Both the position numbers and the translations under genes were made by a program. From NCBI GenBank assembly GCA_965206595.1, contig OZ242214.1:2752001-2816000 (forward strand): DNA of 64,000 nt. The letters run 5' to 3'. The notes beneath the pieces are model-generated. The model saw only the letters and a list, made by a program, of their open reading frames with translations, was not told where the DNA came from and did no database searches. Shown piece after piece: positions 39,706-50,672 of this stretch (within the stretch, counting starts at the first letter, position 1; every line of letters begins with the position of its first letter). Origin of the DNA: Candidatus Latescibacterota bacterium (lineage in GTDB: Bacteria > Latescibacterota > UBA2968 > UBA8231).

Positions 39706-40055
39706 ACGGGGACTTTCCCGCCGGCTCCCGAAAAAAAGGAGCCTGTCATGGCAGATTACAGGATCTGCTGGACGGAGATCAACGTCTCCCTGTACGAGAC
39801 CGCCGGGGACAGCCTGCTCTTCCGGTCGCCTCGCTGACAAAGAGACGGAAGTCCGGCGTTTTCACCTTCGGAATTGGCCGGACCTGTTTTCGACGCAACG
39901 ATACCGGGCTTTGGACCCGGACCTTCCAGAACCCCTGATGCACAAGCTCGCATCCCCCTCCCCTCCCCCGCACCCGCCTCGACCCCTCCCCTTCCATCCT
40001 CCCGATACCGCAGATCTACCTGCCCGAAAGGCTTGGCGAGCCTGTTGGGCAACAG

Positions 40056-41613
40056 TCAGGGCACCGCCTGCCCCGCCATCACCCCGGTGCAGCGCTCCCC
40101 GTCGACGGCGACCTGCCCGTTGACGAGCACGTAGGGGATGCCGACGGGGTACTGCTTCGGATCCTCGTAGGTGGCGGTGTCGATGACGCGGTCCGGATCG
40201 AAGAGGACGACGTCGGCGAAGCAGCCTTTCTGCAGACGCCCCCGCGAGCGGAGGCCGAACCGGCGCGCCGGGTTGTCGGTCATGCGCTGTATCATCTGTT
40301 CGAGGCTGAGGACGCCGAAGCGACGCCGCAGGCGGCCGAGGAAGCGGGGGTAGGCTCCGTAACAACGCGGGTGGGGCATGCTTCCCGTGGGGGTGATGTC
40401 GCTGCAGGCCATGTAGTCGGGACGGGCCAGCAGCTCGAGCGAATCGCGGCTGACCTGCCTCCAGAGACCGGTGTTCACCGGCGGCGCGGACAGGTAGCCG
40501 ATCTTCAGCTCCTCCTCCAGCAGCAGCTCGCACAGCGTCTCCCCCGGCGACATCGGTCAGGGTCATACCCTCCAGCCCGGGGTTCTTCGGCAGAGAGGTG
40601 AACACGACCTCGTCGAGGGGTTCGTACTCCTCCTCGAGGAAGCGGGCGATGCGCGCCCGCTCCGCCGGATCGGCGAGCCGCCGGAGAATGGCGTCCGGCC
40701 CCCCTTCCTGGGCGAACCCCGGGAGGGAGGCGACGCAGATGCTGCTGCCGGCGGGGTAGGGATAGATGTCCAGGCTGCAGTCGACTCCTTCCGCCTTGGC
40801 CCGGTCGATGGGCCCCAACAGGGCTTCCACCTGCCCGGCGTTGTGGGCCCCCGTCCTGAAGTGGGCGAAATGGACCTTGACCCCGGTCTCCCGGCCGATG
40901 TGAAGCGCCTCCTCGACGCCGTCGCCGCCGTGGGCGCGATCGAGCTCGACCTTTCTCGGCTCGACCACGTAGACGCTGCCGGCATCGGCAACCGTACGGC
41001 ACAGGTCGAGGAACTCGGCGGTGTCTCCCCAGGGACTGGGATAGTAGCTGGCCCCCGTGGAAAAGCCGACGGCCCCCTCCTCGAGGCCTTGCGCTACCAT
41101 GCGCCTGGCCTCCTTGGCGTCGTCGCCGGTCAGGGGCACGTCGCGGAACCCGAGGAGCTCGAGACGGATGGCCCCGTGCGGCACGAGATAGGCGGTGTTG
41201 ATGGCGACCCGGCGGTGGTAGTGGCTGCGGAAAGCGGCGACCGAATCCATCGCCAGGCCGGGGATCGGTTCGCCGAGCAGGCCGGCAAGCCAGCGCCGGT
41301 AGGTGAGGTGGTTGGCCGCCGACAGGGGGGCGAAGGACATTCCGTCGAGGCCCATGACCTCGGTGGTGATCCCCTGCCGCAGCCCGTTGGCGTGCTGCGG
41401 GTCGGCTAGCAGGTCCCCCTCGGAGTGGGTGTGGGTGTCGATGAAGCCGGGCGCCACCGCCAGACCGCGGGCATCGATGGCGCGCGCCGCCTCGGCCTCG
41501 GCGAGATCGCCGACCTCTTCGATGCGCTCGCCGATGATGCCGATGTCGGCGCGCCGGCCGGGAGCCCCGGTCCCGTCGTACACGGTACCGCCGCGGATTA
41601 CGATGTCGAACAC
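40056..41613 (-). pseudogene. N-acyl-D-amino acid deacylase, frameshifted near 40550
   Basis: PGFIDTHTHS in the first frame; PHPRCYGAYPRFL...FADVVLFDP in the second frame. Confidence 0.85.
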
Positions 41614-41670
41614 AATGCCCTCCTGAGAATGTTCACCGCCGGTTTTCCCGCACAGGTGAGTTCGCCGGCT

Positions 41671-42559
41671 TCACGACGCGATCCTCTCGATCTCCCACTT
41701 GCCGTTCCTGACCACCGCCCTCACCCCCCGCTGTTCCGGCTCCATGGAGGCGAACCTGCGCAGGCTCTTCAGCCACGCTGCCCGCCGTGGGTGCTTTCCG
41801 GCCTCCGCCGCCCATTCCTCCGGGATGCCCGGCGGGTTCCAGAGGTCCGCGGAGTTGTCCCGCCTGCTGAGGTGACCGCGGGCGTTGAGGATCGTCAGCT
41901 CGACCTCCGCGGGCTTGCGGGGATAGTTGTAATAGGTGAAGGAGCACATGCGCCGGCCCCGGGCGCCCCCCTTGCTGGCGTGGTAGGTGCGCAGGTCGAA
42001 GGCGACCATGTCCCCCTGGCCGGAATCGCAGACGACGCAGGGAACGGTGCCGATCCCGGCCAGGGCGGCCCGCCGCTCTTGCGGGGTCGCCGCGGCGCGG
42101 CTGAAGCGGGCCCCGATCGGGTCGACCGCGGCGACCCTGTCGTGGAAGGGGCGCAGGTGGCTGCCCGGGATCAGGCGCAGGGCCCCGGTATCGGCCCGCA
42201 CCGGATCGAGGTAGATCGCGAACTTGATGCCGTAGGCCTCGTAGCCCCCGGCATCGTAGTGCCAGACCGTATCCCCGGCGTAGTGGTGCAGCAGGGGGTT
42301 GGCGCAGATGAGCCGTCCGAATAGCTGCTCGCCGACCCCGGTGAGACGGTCGTCCTCGAACAGGCTGGCGGTGAACGGCGTGGAGGGAACCAGTCCGCTC
42401 ATGTCGCGGGGCCTCGGCGAGCGGGACGAGGCGCACCGATTCGGCTACGCGGGTGGCGTGCTCCCTTCGCAGCAGGTCCACCTCGGCGGGGCTGAGCGCG
42501 TTCCTGAAAACGAGGAAACCGAAGGTGTTGAAGCGGCGCACCTGCTCCTCCGTCAACAT
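41671..42559 (-). pseudogene. Phytanoyl-CoA dioxygenase (PhyH) family, frameshifted near 42400
   Basis: MLTEEQVRRFNTFGFL in the first frame; WHYD, LIPGSH, GDMVAFD...YHAS in the second frame. Confidence 0.8.
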
Positions 42560-42951
42560 CGGTGGATCTCCTTTCCGTCGCATCCGGGGATCTGGGCGAA
42601 GCCCGGGGCATTCCCGGGAAATCGCCGGCCATGTCGCCTTCGCAGCCGACTATATTGCAATGCCGGTCTGGCTGCAATCTCTTCCATGGGCATGATTCGA
42701 GGAGGTGAGGAATGCCCGATCCGAGCTGGAAGACTCCCAGAGGAAATGGGAACCCGTTTCGTTTCCTTGGCCCAGCCATCCCCTGCCCGGTACGCCCCCT
42801 TCATGTCCATGGCCGACCGGGCCCCTCGGCGATCCGGTTCCCGGCGGTCTATCTTCCGGGACCGGCACCAGGCCAGGAGCCAATTGACATTTGAGTCCGG
42901 CCAACCGCGGATGAGCCGGGAAATGCTGACTGGCCGCGGCCGCGAGCACCG

Positions 42952-43531
42952 ATGCTGTTCATCGACGACCATCACATCCACTCGAGCCAGGGCCTGGAGC
43001 GGCGTTTCCATCGCCTGAAAAAGCACCCCGGCAACCCGGTCAAGGTCTTCACCGACCCCTGGGGCTCGTCGGTCGCCAACCACGGCGGCTTCGAGCGCGA
43101 TCCGGAGACCGGGGAGTTCGTTCTCTGGTATTCTACCGGACCGGCAGACCCCGCGAGCGTGGCCCCCGGGTAGGGAACGGCCGAACGGCCTCAGCTTGGC
43201 CACCCTGCGGTTAGACGGCTTCGCCGGCATGCGCGCGGCCGGTTCCGGCAGGCTGCGCACGCGGCCGATGTTCATCCGGCACCCCGACCTGGTGATCAAC
43301 GTCGACGCCGAAGGGGGCGCCTGCCGGGTGGGCCTGCTCGACGAAGGCGGGGTGGAACTGCCCGGTTTCGGTCTCGACGACATGGAACCGGTCGCCGCCG
43401 ACGCAGTCGAGCAGCCCCTGCGGTGGCGCGGCCGCGAGTCGGTGTCGGAGCTTCAGGGACGCTGGATCTCCCTCGAGATCGAGCTGCGGGGAGCGGAGCT
43501 GTTCGCCGTGCACAACCAGACGCGGACCTGA
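42952..43531 (+). pseudogene. Glycoside hydrolase beta-propeller-like gene with a large internal deletion
   Basis: N-terminal LFIDD...KKHPGNPV and C-terminal ATLRLDGF...LRGAELFA lie in different frames with the core missing. Confidence 0.65.
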
Positions 43532-43738
43532 GGAGAAAGTGGGGCTGTGGAAGGCACCGGGAGCCGGACCATTGAGGCGACAATCCACCCTGCCTTCCAT
43601 CCACCGATCGGCGATCGGAGCATGCGAATGAGGGCGAACCAGGTGAGAGATTCGGAGCGAGCGAAACACGGAGATCGGGAACGAGGGTGCCGCCACCGAA
43701 TCGGGCGCAGTTCGGGATCCGCTGCCGCGGGCTGACAA

Positions 43739-44371
43739 GTGAGACCCCTGCCCGAAACGCCACTGACGACGACCACGCTGGCCGCGGATCCCACCCTGTT
43801 GATCCGCGAACTGACGACACCGGGCGGCATATCCTTCACGGCCCGTTTGCTGCGCCCGGACGACGCCGCGGCGCTGGGCCGCTATTTCGATGGCCTTACC
43901 GATGCGATCAGGGGGGTGTACGGCCCCCATCCCCTCGACAGCGGCCACGCCCGTCTCCTGTGCAGCGGGATCGACCATGCAAAGTGCCTGCGATTCGTCG
44001 TCGAAATCCGCGGAAAGATCGAAGGGTACTTCATCCTCGCCGCGGGCCTCCGCGGAAACGATGCCAGCCGCTACGCGGGCTACAACCATCCGCTCGAGGC
44101 TGCCGAGTGCTGTACCTTCGCCCCGTCGGTGGCCGACGCCTACCTCTCCCGCGGAATCGGCAGCACCTTGATGCCGCTGATCGTCGAGGCGGCTCACCGT
44201 CTGGGCAGGCGGAAGATCGTGCTCTGGGGCGGCGTGCGCGGAGACAACCCGCGGGCGCGGCATTTCTACCGGAAGTTCGGCTTCGAACAGGTCGGTTCGT
44301 TCTTCGCCGGCGGGGTCGGCAACCTCGACATGGTGCTGAATCTCGACGCATCGTCTCCCGCCCCGGGTTAG
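43739..44371 (+). CDS. GNAT family N-acetyltransferase
   Basis: VADAYLSRGIGSTLM and NPRARHFYRKFGF motifs. Confidence 0.88.
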   Translation: MRPLPETPLTTTTLAADPTLLIRELTTPGGISFTARLLRPDDAAALGRYFDGLTDAIRGVYGPHPLDSGHARLLCSGIDHAKCLRFVVEIRGKIEGYFILAAGLRGNDASRYAGYNHPLEAAECCTFAPSVADAYLSRGIGSTLMPLIVEAAHRLGRRKIVLWGGVRGDNPRARHFYRKFGFEQVGSFFAGGVGNLDMVLNLDASSPAPG

Positions 44372-44439
44372 TGCTCCAGTGAAATTGCTGGACCTGTACC
44401 CGACCGCTCATGGTATTCATCCAGCCTTGCGCAGGCTAC

Positions 44440-44705
44440 TCACTCTGGACCCGGGACGGGTCCTGGCAAGGTCATGGATGGACTGGAGATTCAGCCAGAG
44501 CTCGGGGCTCGTTCCGAGTGCCTGCGCGAAAAGCCAGGCAGTCTCAGGCGTCACCCGGCGTTTTCAACGAGCGGATTTCCTTGATGCGCTGAGTGGGAAC
44601 ACCGATATGTCTGGCGAAAGCCACCTGCGTTACTTCCAGCGGATCGAGGAACTCTCTTTGCAGAATCTCGCCGGGATGGGCGGGAATCCTTTTTTCGGGC
44701 AGCAT
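44440..44705 (-). pseudogene. higA: HigA-family antitoxin, frameshifted; no toxin partner
   Basis: Hand translation MLPEKRIPAHPGEILQREFLDPL... then, in another frame, KRRVTPETAWLFAQALGTSPELWLNLQ. Confidence 0.78.
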
Positions 44706-44727
44706 GGGACATTCTCCGGGATTTCAA

Positions 44728-46155
44728 ATGAACAGGGTTGACGCGGCTTCTTTCGACGAGTTCCTCGCCGGCGGGATCTTCACCTCGCCGGAGATACGGA
44801 CCAATCTCGAGATCCTCTGCGACGACTTCGGCAGCTGTTTCGCCGGCACCCCCGGGGAGGAGGAGGCCGCCCGCTTCCTCGAGGGCAAGCTGCGCGAGTA
44901 CGGTCTCGACGATGTCCGCAGCGAGCCGTTCGAGTACTACGGCTGGAAGCGGGGAACAGCCCGCCTGTCCATTACGTCCCCGCGGCAACGCGACTTGGAA
45001 TGCCTGTCGATGCCGATGGCGGCTCCCGGCCGGGTCCGCGGGCGCGTCGTCGATCTCGGCTACGGGGCCCCCGAGGACTTCGAGGCCCACCGCGGCGAGC
45101 TCGCCGGCAGCATCGCCCTCGTCGCCGGGACCAACCCCCCGGGAGCGGACCGCTGGATCCACCGCACCGAGAAGTACAACCGCTCGCTCCTAGCCGGGGC
45201 CGCGGGGTTCATCTGGACCGGGCACACCGAAGGGGTCGGCCCCTCCACCGGGGCGGTCGGCTTCAACCGCTGGGGCCTGATCCCCGCGGCCATGGTATCC
45301 CTGGAGACCGGGATGCTCCTGCGCCGGCTCATCGGCCGGCACGGGGCCGTCGAGGTCGAAATCGAGAGCGCGGATATCCAGGAACGCATGACTTCCTGGA
45401 ACATCATCGGCGACACCGGCGGCGGGGGAGCCCGCGACGACGGGGAGATGGTCGTCATCGGCAACCACTACGACGGCCACGACATCTCCCAGGGGGCCGA
45501 GGATCCGAAGTCGGGGCTCGTGGCCGCGCTCGACATCGCCCGCGTGCTGCCGCAGTGCGCCGGCCGCCTCGACCGCCGGGTGCGCTTCATCCTCTTCGGG
45601 GTCGAGGAGCTGGGCCTGATCGGGGCGCACGCGTACGTCGACACCCATGCCGCGGACATCGCCAACACCCGCTTCATGTTCAACCTCGATTCCGCGGGCG
45701 GGCGCGGCACCAAGGGACTGATGCTGTACGGCCCCGACACTCTGCCGCACTTCCGCCCCCTGGCCGCGGCCGGGGACGGGCTCCATGTCGAACGGGAAAC
45801 CTCGCCGCTGGCGGAACCGCCCCACCTCTCCGCCGACCACTACCCCTTCGTGGCGCAGGGCGTCCCCTGCGGCTTCATCCGCGACCCGGACCAGGGGGTC
45901 ATCATCACGCGCTACTACCACACCCCCCACGACACGGTCGACAAGCTGCGGCTCGTCGACATCCAGCAGGCCGCCTTCCTGTGCGCGCGCCTGGCCTGGC
46001 GGGTCGCCAACGCCGGAGACTGGCCCGAGGTCAGGCCGGATGCCGCCGCGGTGGCGCGGGCCCAGGCGGAGTACGACGCCAGCCAGGTCAGCAGGCAGGT
46101 CGAGGCCGAGATCGAGAAGCTGCGGCGCCGGCAGCGGGACCCAGGGATGGGATGA
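44728..46155 (+). CDS. M28 family peptidase with PA domain
   Basis: IGNHYDG, GAED, GVEELGLIG, NLD, SADHYPF, YYHTPHDT motifs. Confidence 0.9.
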   Translation: MNRVDAASFDEFLAGGIFTSPEIRTNLEILCDDFGSCFAGTPGEEEAARFLEGKLREYGLDDVRSEPFEYYGWKRGTARLSITSPRQRDLECLSMPMAAPGRVRGRVVDLGYGAPEDFEAHRGELAGSIALVAGTNPPGADRWIHRTEKYNRSLLAGAAGFIWTGHTEGVGPSTGAVGFNRWGLIPAAMVSLETGMLLRRLIGRHGAVEVEIESADIQERMTSWNIIGDTGGGGARDDGEMVVIGNHYDGHDISQGAEDPKSGLVAALDIARVLPQCAGRLDRRVRFILFGVEELGLIGAHAYVDTHAADIANTRFMFNLDSAGGRGTKGLMLYGPDTLPHFRPLAAAGDGLHVERETSPLAEPPHLSADHYPFVAQGVPCGFIRDPDQGVIITRYYHTPHDTVDKLRLVDIQQAAFLCARLAWRVANAGDWPEVRPDAAAVARAQAEYDASQVSRQVEAEIEKLRRRQRDPGMG

Positions 46156-46408
46156 GACACTGCCGGTTCGCGGGAAGAGGTCTGCACGTTCAACCTTGGA
46201 CTCCTCCCGCGGACGGGCGCCCAGGGACTTGGTGCTGCACGGTCCAGACACCCTGCAGCACTTCCCCGCCCCGGCCTCGGCCCGGGAGAAGGTCCGTATG
46301 TCGAAGGGGAAACCTCCCCTGCGGACCGGCCCCCGGCATCGTCCAGTCCCCTCCGTTTTGTGTGAGCATGGAAAACCAGCTAACTTGCAGGCCGCCGGAG
46401 GGGACCTC

Positions 46409-46863
46409 ATGGACGCCGATTTCTTACGCCGTTTTGCAGTATCGCTTTTCCCGTCATTCTCTCTGGCTGTTTGCTGTCTTCTATTTACCGCATGCATCGA
46501 AGGTCCGATGGGGCCACCCGGCCCGCCGGGTCCTCAGGGCCCGGTGAGCGCGGCGAGAGCGGAATTTCAGCGCTTGTTCTCATAGTGGAAGAACTGGACG
46601 ACGAGGGAGAAAGATGGGATGAAGAATTCAAGAGTTACTGGCTGACAGATATTCGAATACAGCCGACAACCGTAGTTGATGTATATGTCAGAAGCTTCTA
46701 TACGAATACTGGCGATCCTTACTATGTACCATTTAATCAATGGTCTTTAGAAAAAACCAATGGGGCTGTAGTTTACCAAATCGGCGAAGGATTTATACGG
46801 TTTTTTGACACCCAAAATAGGTTGAGAAACCAGGTCGTAGCTATAGCTGTAACCGGTGCATGA
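46409..46863 (+). pseudogene. Lipoprotein with short collagen-like (Gly-X-Y) repeat, frameshifted within the repeat
   Basis: FTAC lipobox + GPMGPPGPPGPQGP, continuing as GERGESG in another frame near 46545. Confidence 0.65.
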
Positions 46864-47088
46864 AGCCAAATCGAATTTTGCTCCGTCCAGCTCTTCGCGG
46901 ACTTGACCATACCCTCTTGGCCAAGTCGTTCCACGAGGCAATCTCAAGTCCAAGTCAGACCCATTTCACCCCAAACTTTGTAAGTGAGTTTTTGAGAATG
47001 ATGAACTGCAACTGCCGTGGAAGGACAAGTCAGAGGGTTAGGAAGAGATGAATAGCGAACAGGAGAACAGCCACCATGGGAGACGTAA

Positions 47089-47307
47089 ATGATGAAAGCC
47101 TACCGCGTAGAGAAACAGATCGCCACAAATGGGGAACTAAAGCTTAGCGCCCTTCCTTTCCAAGAAGGAGATAAGGTAGAAGTAATTATATTGTCGCACG
47201 CTACCGGCCCCCATCCCGTGACGCCATCGCCTCTGAGCGGCAAGGTCATTGAATATCGGGGGCCGACCGAGCCAGTAGCTGATGAGGACTGGGAACTGTT
47301 AAAGTGA
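47089..47307 (+). CDS. Putative VapB-type antitoxin
   Basis: Small AbrB-like protein overlapping the vapC start (GTGA). Confidence 0.75.
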   Translation: MMKAYRVEKQIATNGELKLSALPFQEGDKVEVIILSHATGPHPVTPSPLSGKVIEYRGPTEPVADEDWELLK

Positions 47308-47693
47308 TTATTCTGGATACTCACCTGTGGATCTGGCTGGCCGATGAAAACGAGCGACTGACCGACTACCACAGGGATATTATTGAGGAAGAGCGGCGGG
47401 TGGGTCTTGGAGTATCGGCAATTTCATGCTGGGAGGTCGCCAAGTTGGTAGAGTACGAAAGACTGAAACTGGCCTGCCCTGTTGAGGAATGGATGGACGC
47501 GGCGCTGGCCTTACCCGGTATTCAACAAATTGAATTGACTCCAAGGATTGCCGTGGCTGCGACCAAGTTACCCGCTGAATTTCACCGCGACCCGGCCGAT
47601 CAAATCATCGTTGCTACCGCCCGTGAGTACGACTGTGAGCTACTCACGGTTGATCAAAAAATACTGCAGTACGCGCACGTAAAGACGCGGTAG
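47304..47693 (+). CDS. vapC: VapC/PIN-domain toxin
   Basis: ILDTHLWIW, SAISCWEV, HRDPADQIIVATA, LLTVD motifs. Confidence 0.92.
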   Translation: MIILDTHLWIWLADENERLTDYHRDIIEEERRVGLGVSAISCWEVAKLVEYERLKLACPVEEWMDAALALPGIQQIELTPRIAVAATKLPAEFHRDPADQIIVATAREYDCELLTVDQKILQYAHVKTR

Positions 47694-47875
47694 GTTCACC
47701 CACTTTCCGAGGTAGATTTCCGTATCCGCTGTCCCCTGCCTTAGCGCGATATGCTCGTTCCCATACCTCGAAGCTCGGCGCGTCCCAACAATCAGTCGCT
47801 TTCTACTAAACTAACAGCCGGTTGATAAAGTTGCTCTGCAGGGGAGGCTGGGTCTTGGCGGTCGAGGACATGGCC

Positions 47876-47932
47876 CCTGCCTGTGCCTGTCTGCGTGCGG
47901 CAACGCACAGGCAGGGGTCGCACGCAGGCAGG
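47876..47932. repeat. Nested ~30-bp palindromic (REP-like) elements
   Basis: Inner CCTGTCTGCGTGCGGCAACGCACAGGCAGG (47886-47915) splits an oppositely oriented similar copy. Confidence 0.5.
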
Positions 47933-48061
47933 CGCGCCCGAGTGTAATCGCAGGGGATTCGGGGAGATCATGCCATTGCGGTCGGGTGGTTGCGGTCGAA
48001 GATGAAGCCACTTGGTCCGGCACTGCCGGGGTCGGCTTTCGGGTTCGCTGACGGCAGACTC

Positions 48062-49330
48062 CTAGCCCACCTGCTCCCAGGCCGGCCCGGACTCGGTGGC
48101 CGCCCACCAGCGCTCGAAGGCCTCGGAATCCTCCTCCTCCCAGTGGTCGGCGGCGACGGGGGCGGCGTACGAGGGCACGTTGGAGGGGACATCGAGCCCG
48201 TGCAGGCGCTCGAGGGAGCGCATGGAGTCGGTGCTGCCGGGCTTGTCGGGATCGTGGCGGACGTAGACGACGGTGCCGTCGGCATAGCGCACGCGCACCA
48301 GGAAACGGCCTCTTTCCAGCGGCTGCTGCGAGGCGCACTTCTCCAGTTTGTCGCGGTCGAGGGTGACCCCGAGTCCGGGTCCTTCCGGCGCCTGCACGGT
48401 GCCGCCGACCACCGGCATCTCCCCGGCGGTGACGTCCTCCTTCCACAGGTGGCAGAGGTTGACGTGGTCGATGGTCGCCGCGGGAAAGACCGCGGCCTGA
48501 TGGGCGAGGAAGGCCTGGTTGATGACGCCGCCGGCGTTCTGCAGCATCAGCGGTGTGCGCGTCATCTCGGCCACCGCGGCCAGCCTGGCGGCGCTCCCCA
48601 CCGGGGCGTGGCCGCTCATGAAGCCGTCGCAGATCCTCCTGACCATGAACTCGGCGGGTCCGTGGTGGGTGATGATGGGCAGCTTGCACTTCTCCTTGAG
48701 CAGGCGGTAGCCGTCCTCGTCCCCCGGGTCCATGGGATCCTCGATGCGGCCGGCCACCGGAAAGCGCTCGAGTTCCAGCAGGATCGGGCAGATGGTGTAG
48801 AAGGAGAGGTTGGCGTTGAAGTCGTAGTGCACGCGGAACCCTTCCGGGGCGGCCTCCTGCATCGCCGCGGTCTGGTCGAGGACGTTCTGCACCTGGTCGA
48901 GGTGGAACTTGATCCACCGGTACCCCGCGGCCGCGGCGCGGCTCACCTCCTCGGCCATGTCCGCGGGGGGCCGCGCCACCGTCCAGGCCGCAACCGGCAC
49001 CCAGGACCGCACCCTCGGCCCGATCAGCTTCCAGGCCGGCACCCCCAGCATCTTCCCCATCAGGTCGTAGGTCGCCATGCAGATCGGCAGGTCGACCTGG
49101 GAGTTGATCCAGTCGAACGGATCGGTGCCGACGTAGCGGCGGCGCAGCGCCTCGACGTCGCCGGCAGGGCCCCACTGTTCCCCCAGACCCTCCAGGCCGT
49201 CGTCGGTCCTGACGATGAAGACGGTGCGCCCCTGGACCTGGCGGCCGTGGGTGCGCGCCAGGTAGAGGCCGTTGAAATCCTGGAATTCCGGGTAGATCTC
49301 GAAGGCTTCGATCTCGGTGATCCGGGCCAT
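48062..49330 (-). CDS. Mandelate racemase/muconate lactonizing (enolase superfamily) enzyme
   Basis: VRTDDGLEGLGE, YDLMGK, WIKFH, DFN, IEDP, PEGPGLGV motifs. Confidence 0.88.
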   Translation of the reverse strand: MARITEIEAFEIYPEFQDFNGLYLARTHGRQVQGRTVFIVRTDDGLEGLGEQWGPAGDVEALRRRYVGTDPFDWINSQVDLPICMATYDLMGKMLGVPAWKLIGPRVRSWVPVAAWTVARPPADMAEEVSRAAAAGYRWIKFHLDQVQNVLDQTAAMQEAAPEGFRVHYDFNANLSFYTICPILLELERFPVAGRIEDPMDPGDEDGYRLLKEKCKLPIITHHGPAEFMVRRICDGFMSGHAPVGSAARLAAVAEMTRTPLMLQNAGGVINQAFLAHQAAVFPAATIDHVNLCHLWKEDVTAGEMPVVGGTVQAPEGPGLGVTLDRDKLEKCASQQPLERGRFLVRVRYADGTVVYVRHDPDKPGSTDSMRSLERLHGLDVPSNVPSYAAPVAADHWEEEDSEAFERWWAATESGPAWEQVG

Positions 49331-49795
49331 GTTCTCCTCCTGTCGATGGGCGGGGTAACCTACGTTCCCGGGATTTCGCCGTCTACGGGAAGCGGGCACG
49401 CCGAACCTCGGCTCGAGGCCGCAAGGGGAACGCCACCCAGAGGTCAGCCAGACTTCTCCACCAAACGGACCCCATTCCCCGTTCGAGGGCGCCACAAGGG
49501 ACGCAATCCTCCCTTCCGGCAGGCTCCTGCCGGCAGGGAACTCTGTAGGCCGTTCGGGGCGCCCGGGGACGCAAATCCCCCTCTTGTGGAGGCTCCCGCA
49601 GCGGGCCCCCCATTCGCCTTGACAGGTTCCCGCGGCGCCCTCAACTTGCCGCGGAGGCCGCGAGCTTCAGCGCCAGGGCGGACGGATGGCGGCGCTGGGT
49701 TCATCCGAGCCGCAGAACCGGGGGCCGCCGGGGCGGGAGTCCCGAAGGCATCTCCCCATCTATCTTTTGGCAACGGAACTCGAAAGGAAGAAAGT

Positions 49796-50656
49796 GTGAA
49801 AACGTTCGGATTCGGCGATCACATCTACAGGGCGGTCGAAGGCTGGGGCCGCGGCCCGGAGGGCTGGAGCTTCGGCATCGTGTCGGCCATGGCCGCCGAC
49901 TCCGAGGACAACGTCTACGTCATCGACCGCGAGCCGCATCCCGCCATCGTCGTGCTCGACCGGTCCGGCAAGCTGCTCGACACCTGGGGCCAGGATTTCT
50001 TCAAGGTCCCCCACTCGATATGGATCGGGGACGACCGCGTCTACATAACCGACTGCGCGCTGCACACCGCCACCATCCACACGCTGCAGGGGGAGCTGCT
50101 GCAGACCCTGGGCACCCCCGGTGAGCCCGGAGAGCCGGGCAAGCCCTTCAACGCTCCCACCTGGATGGTCCCGGGCAACCACGGCGACCTCTACGTCACC
50201 GACGGCTACCGGCAGAACTACGTGCACCGATTCTCCGCCGCGGGTGAGCTGCTGTGCAGCTGGGGCGGCGACGGCACCGGGCCCGGGCAGTTCGACATCC
50301 CGCACTGCGTCCGCGTCGACAGGAACGACCGCGTCCTCGTCGTCGACCGCAGCAACGCCCGCGTCCAGATATTCGACGCCGAGGGCAGCTTTCAGGAGGC
50401 CTGGACCCACCTGACGCCGGCCAACGACCTCTTCATCGACGGCGACGACACCGTCTATCTCGCCGAGTCCGAGAAACGGATCAGCATCCTCGACCTCGAA
50501 GGCGGCGTCATCTCCCAGTGGGGGGAGGAAGGGGAGGGGCCGGGCCAGATCGTCGATGCCCCGCACGGCATCTGGGTCGACTCCCGGGGCGACATCTACA
50601 TGTGCGAGGTCCCCTGGACGCCGAACAGGCTTACCAAATACGAACGCGTGAGATAA
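49796..50656 (+). CDS. NHL-repeat protein (peptidyl-alpha-hydroxyglycine alpha-amidating lyase-like)
   Basis: LYVTDGY, GPGQFDIPH, VVDRSNARVQIFD, PHGIWVDS motifs. Confidence 0.87.
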   Translation: MKTFGFGDHIYRAVEGWGRGPEGWSFGIVSAMAADSEDNVYVIDREPHPAIVVLDRSGKLLDTWGQDFFKVPHSIWIGDDRVYITDCALHTATIHTLQGELLQTLGTPGEPGEPGKPFNAPTWMVPGNHGDLYVTDGYRQNYVHRFSAAGELLCSWGGDGTGPGQFDIPHCVRVDRNDRVLVVDRSNARVQIFDAEGSFQEAWTHLTPANDLFIDGDDTVYLAESEKRISILDLEGGVISQWGEEGEGPGQIVDAPHGIWVDSRGDIYMCEVPWTPNRLTKYERVR

Positions 50657-50672
50657 CGGGGAGACGGAATCG

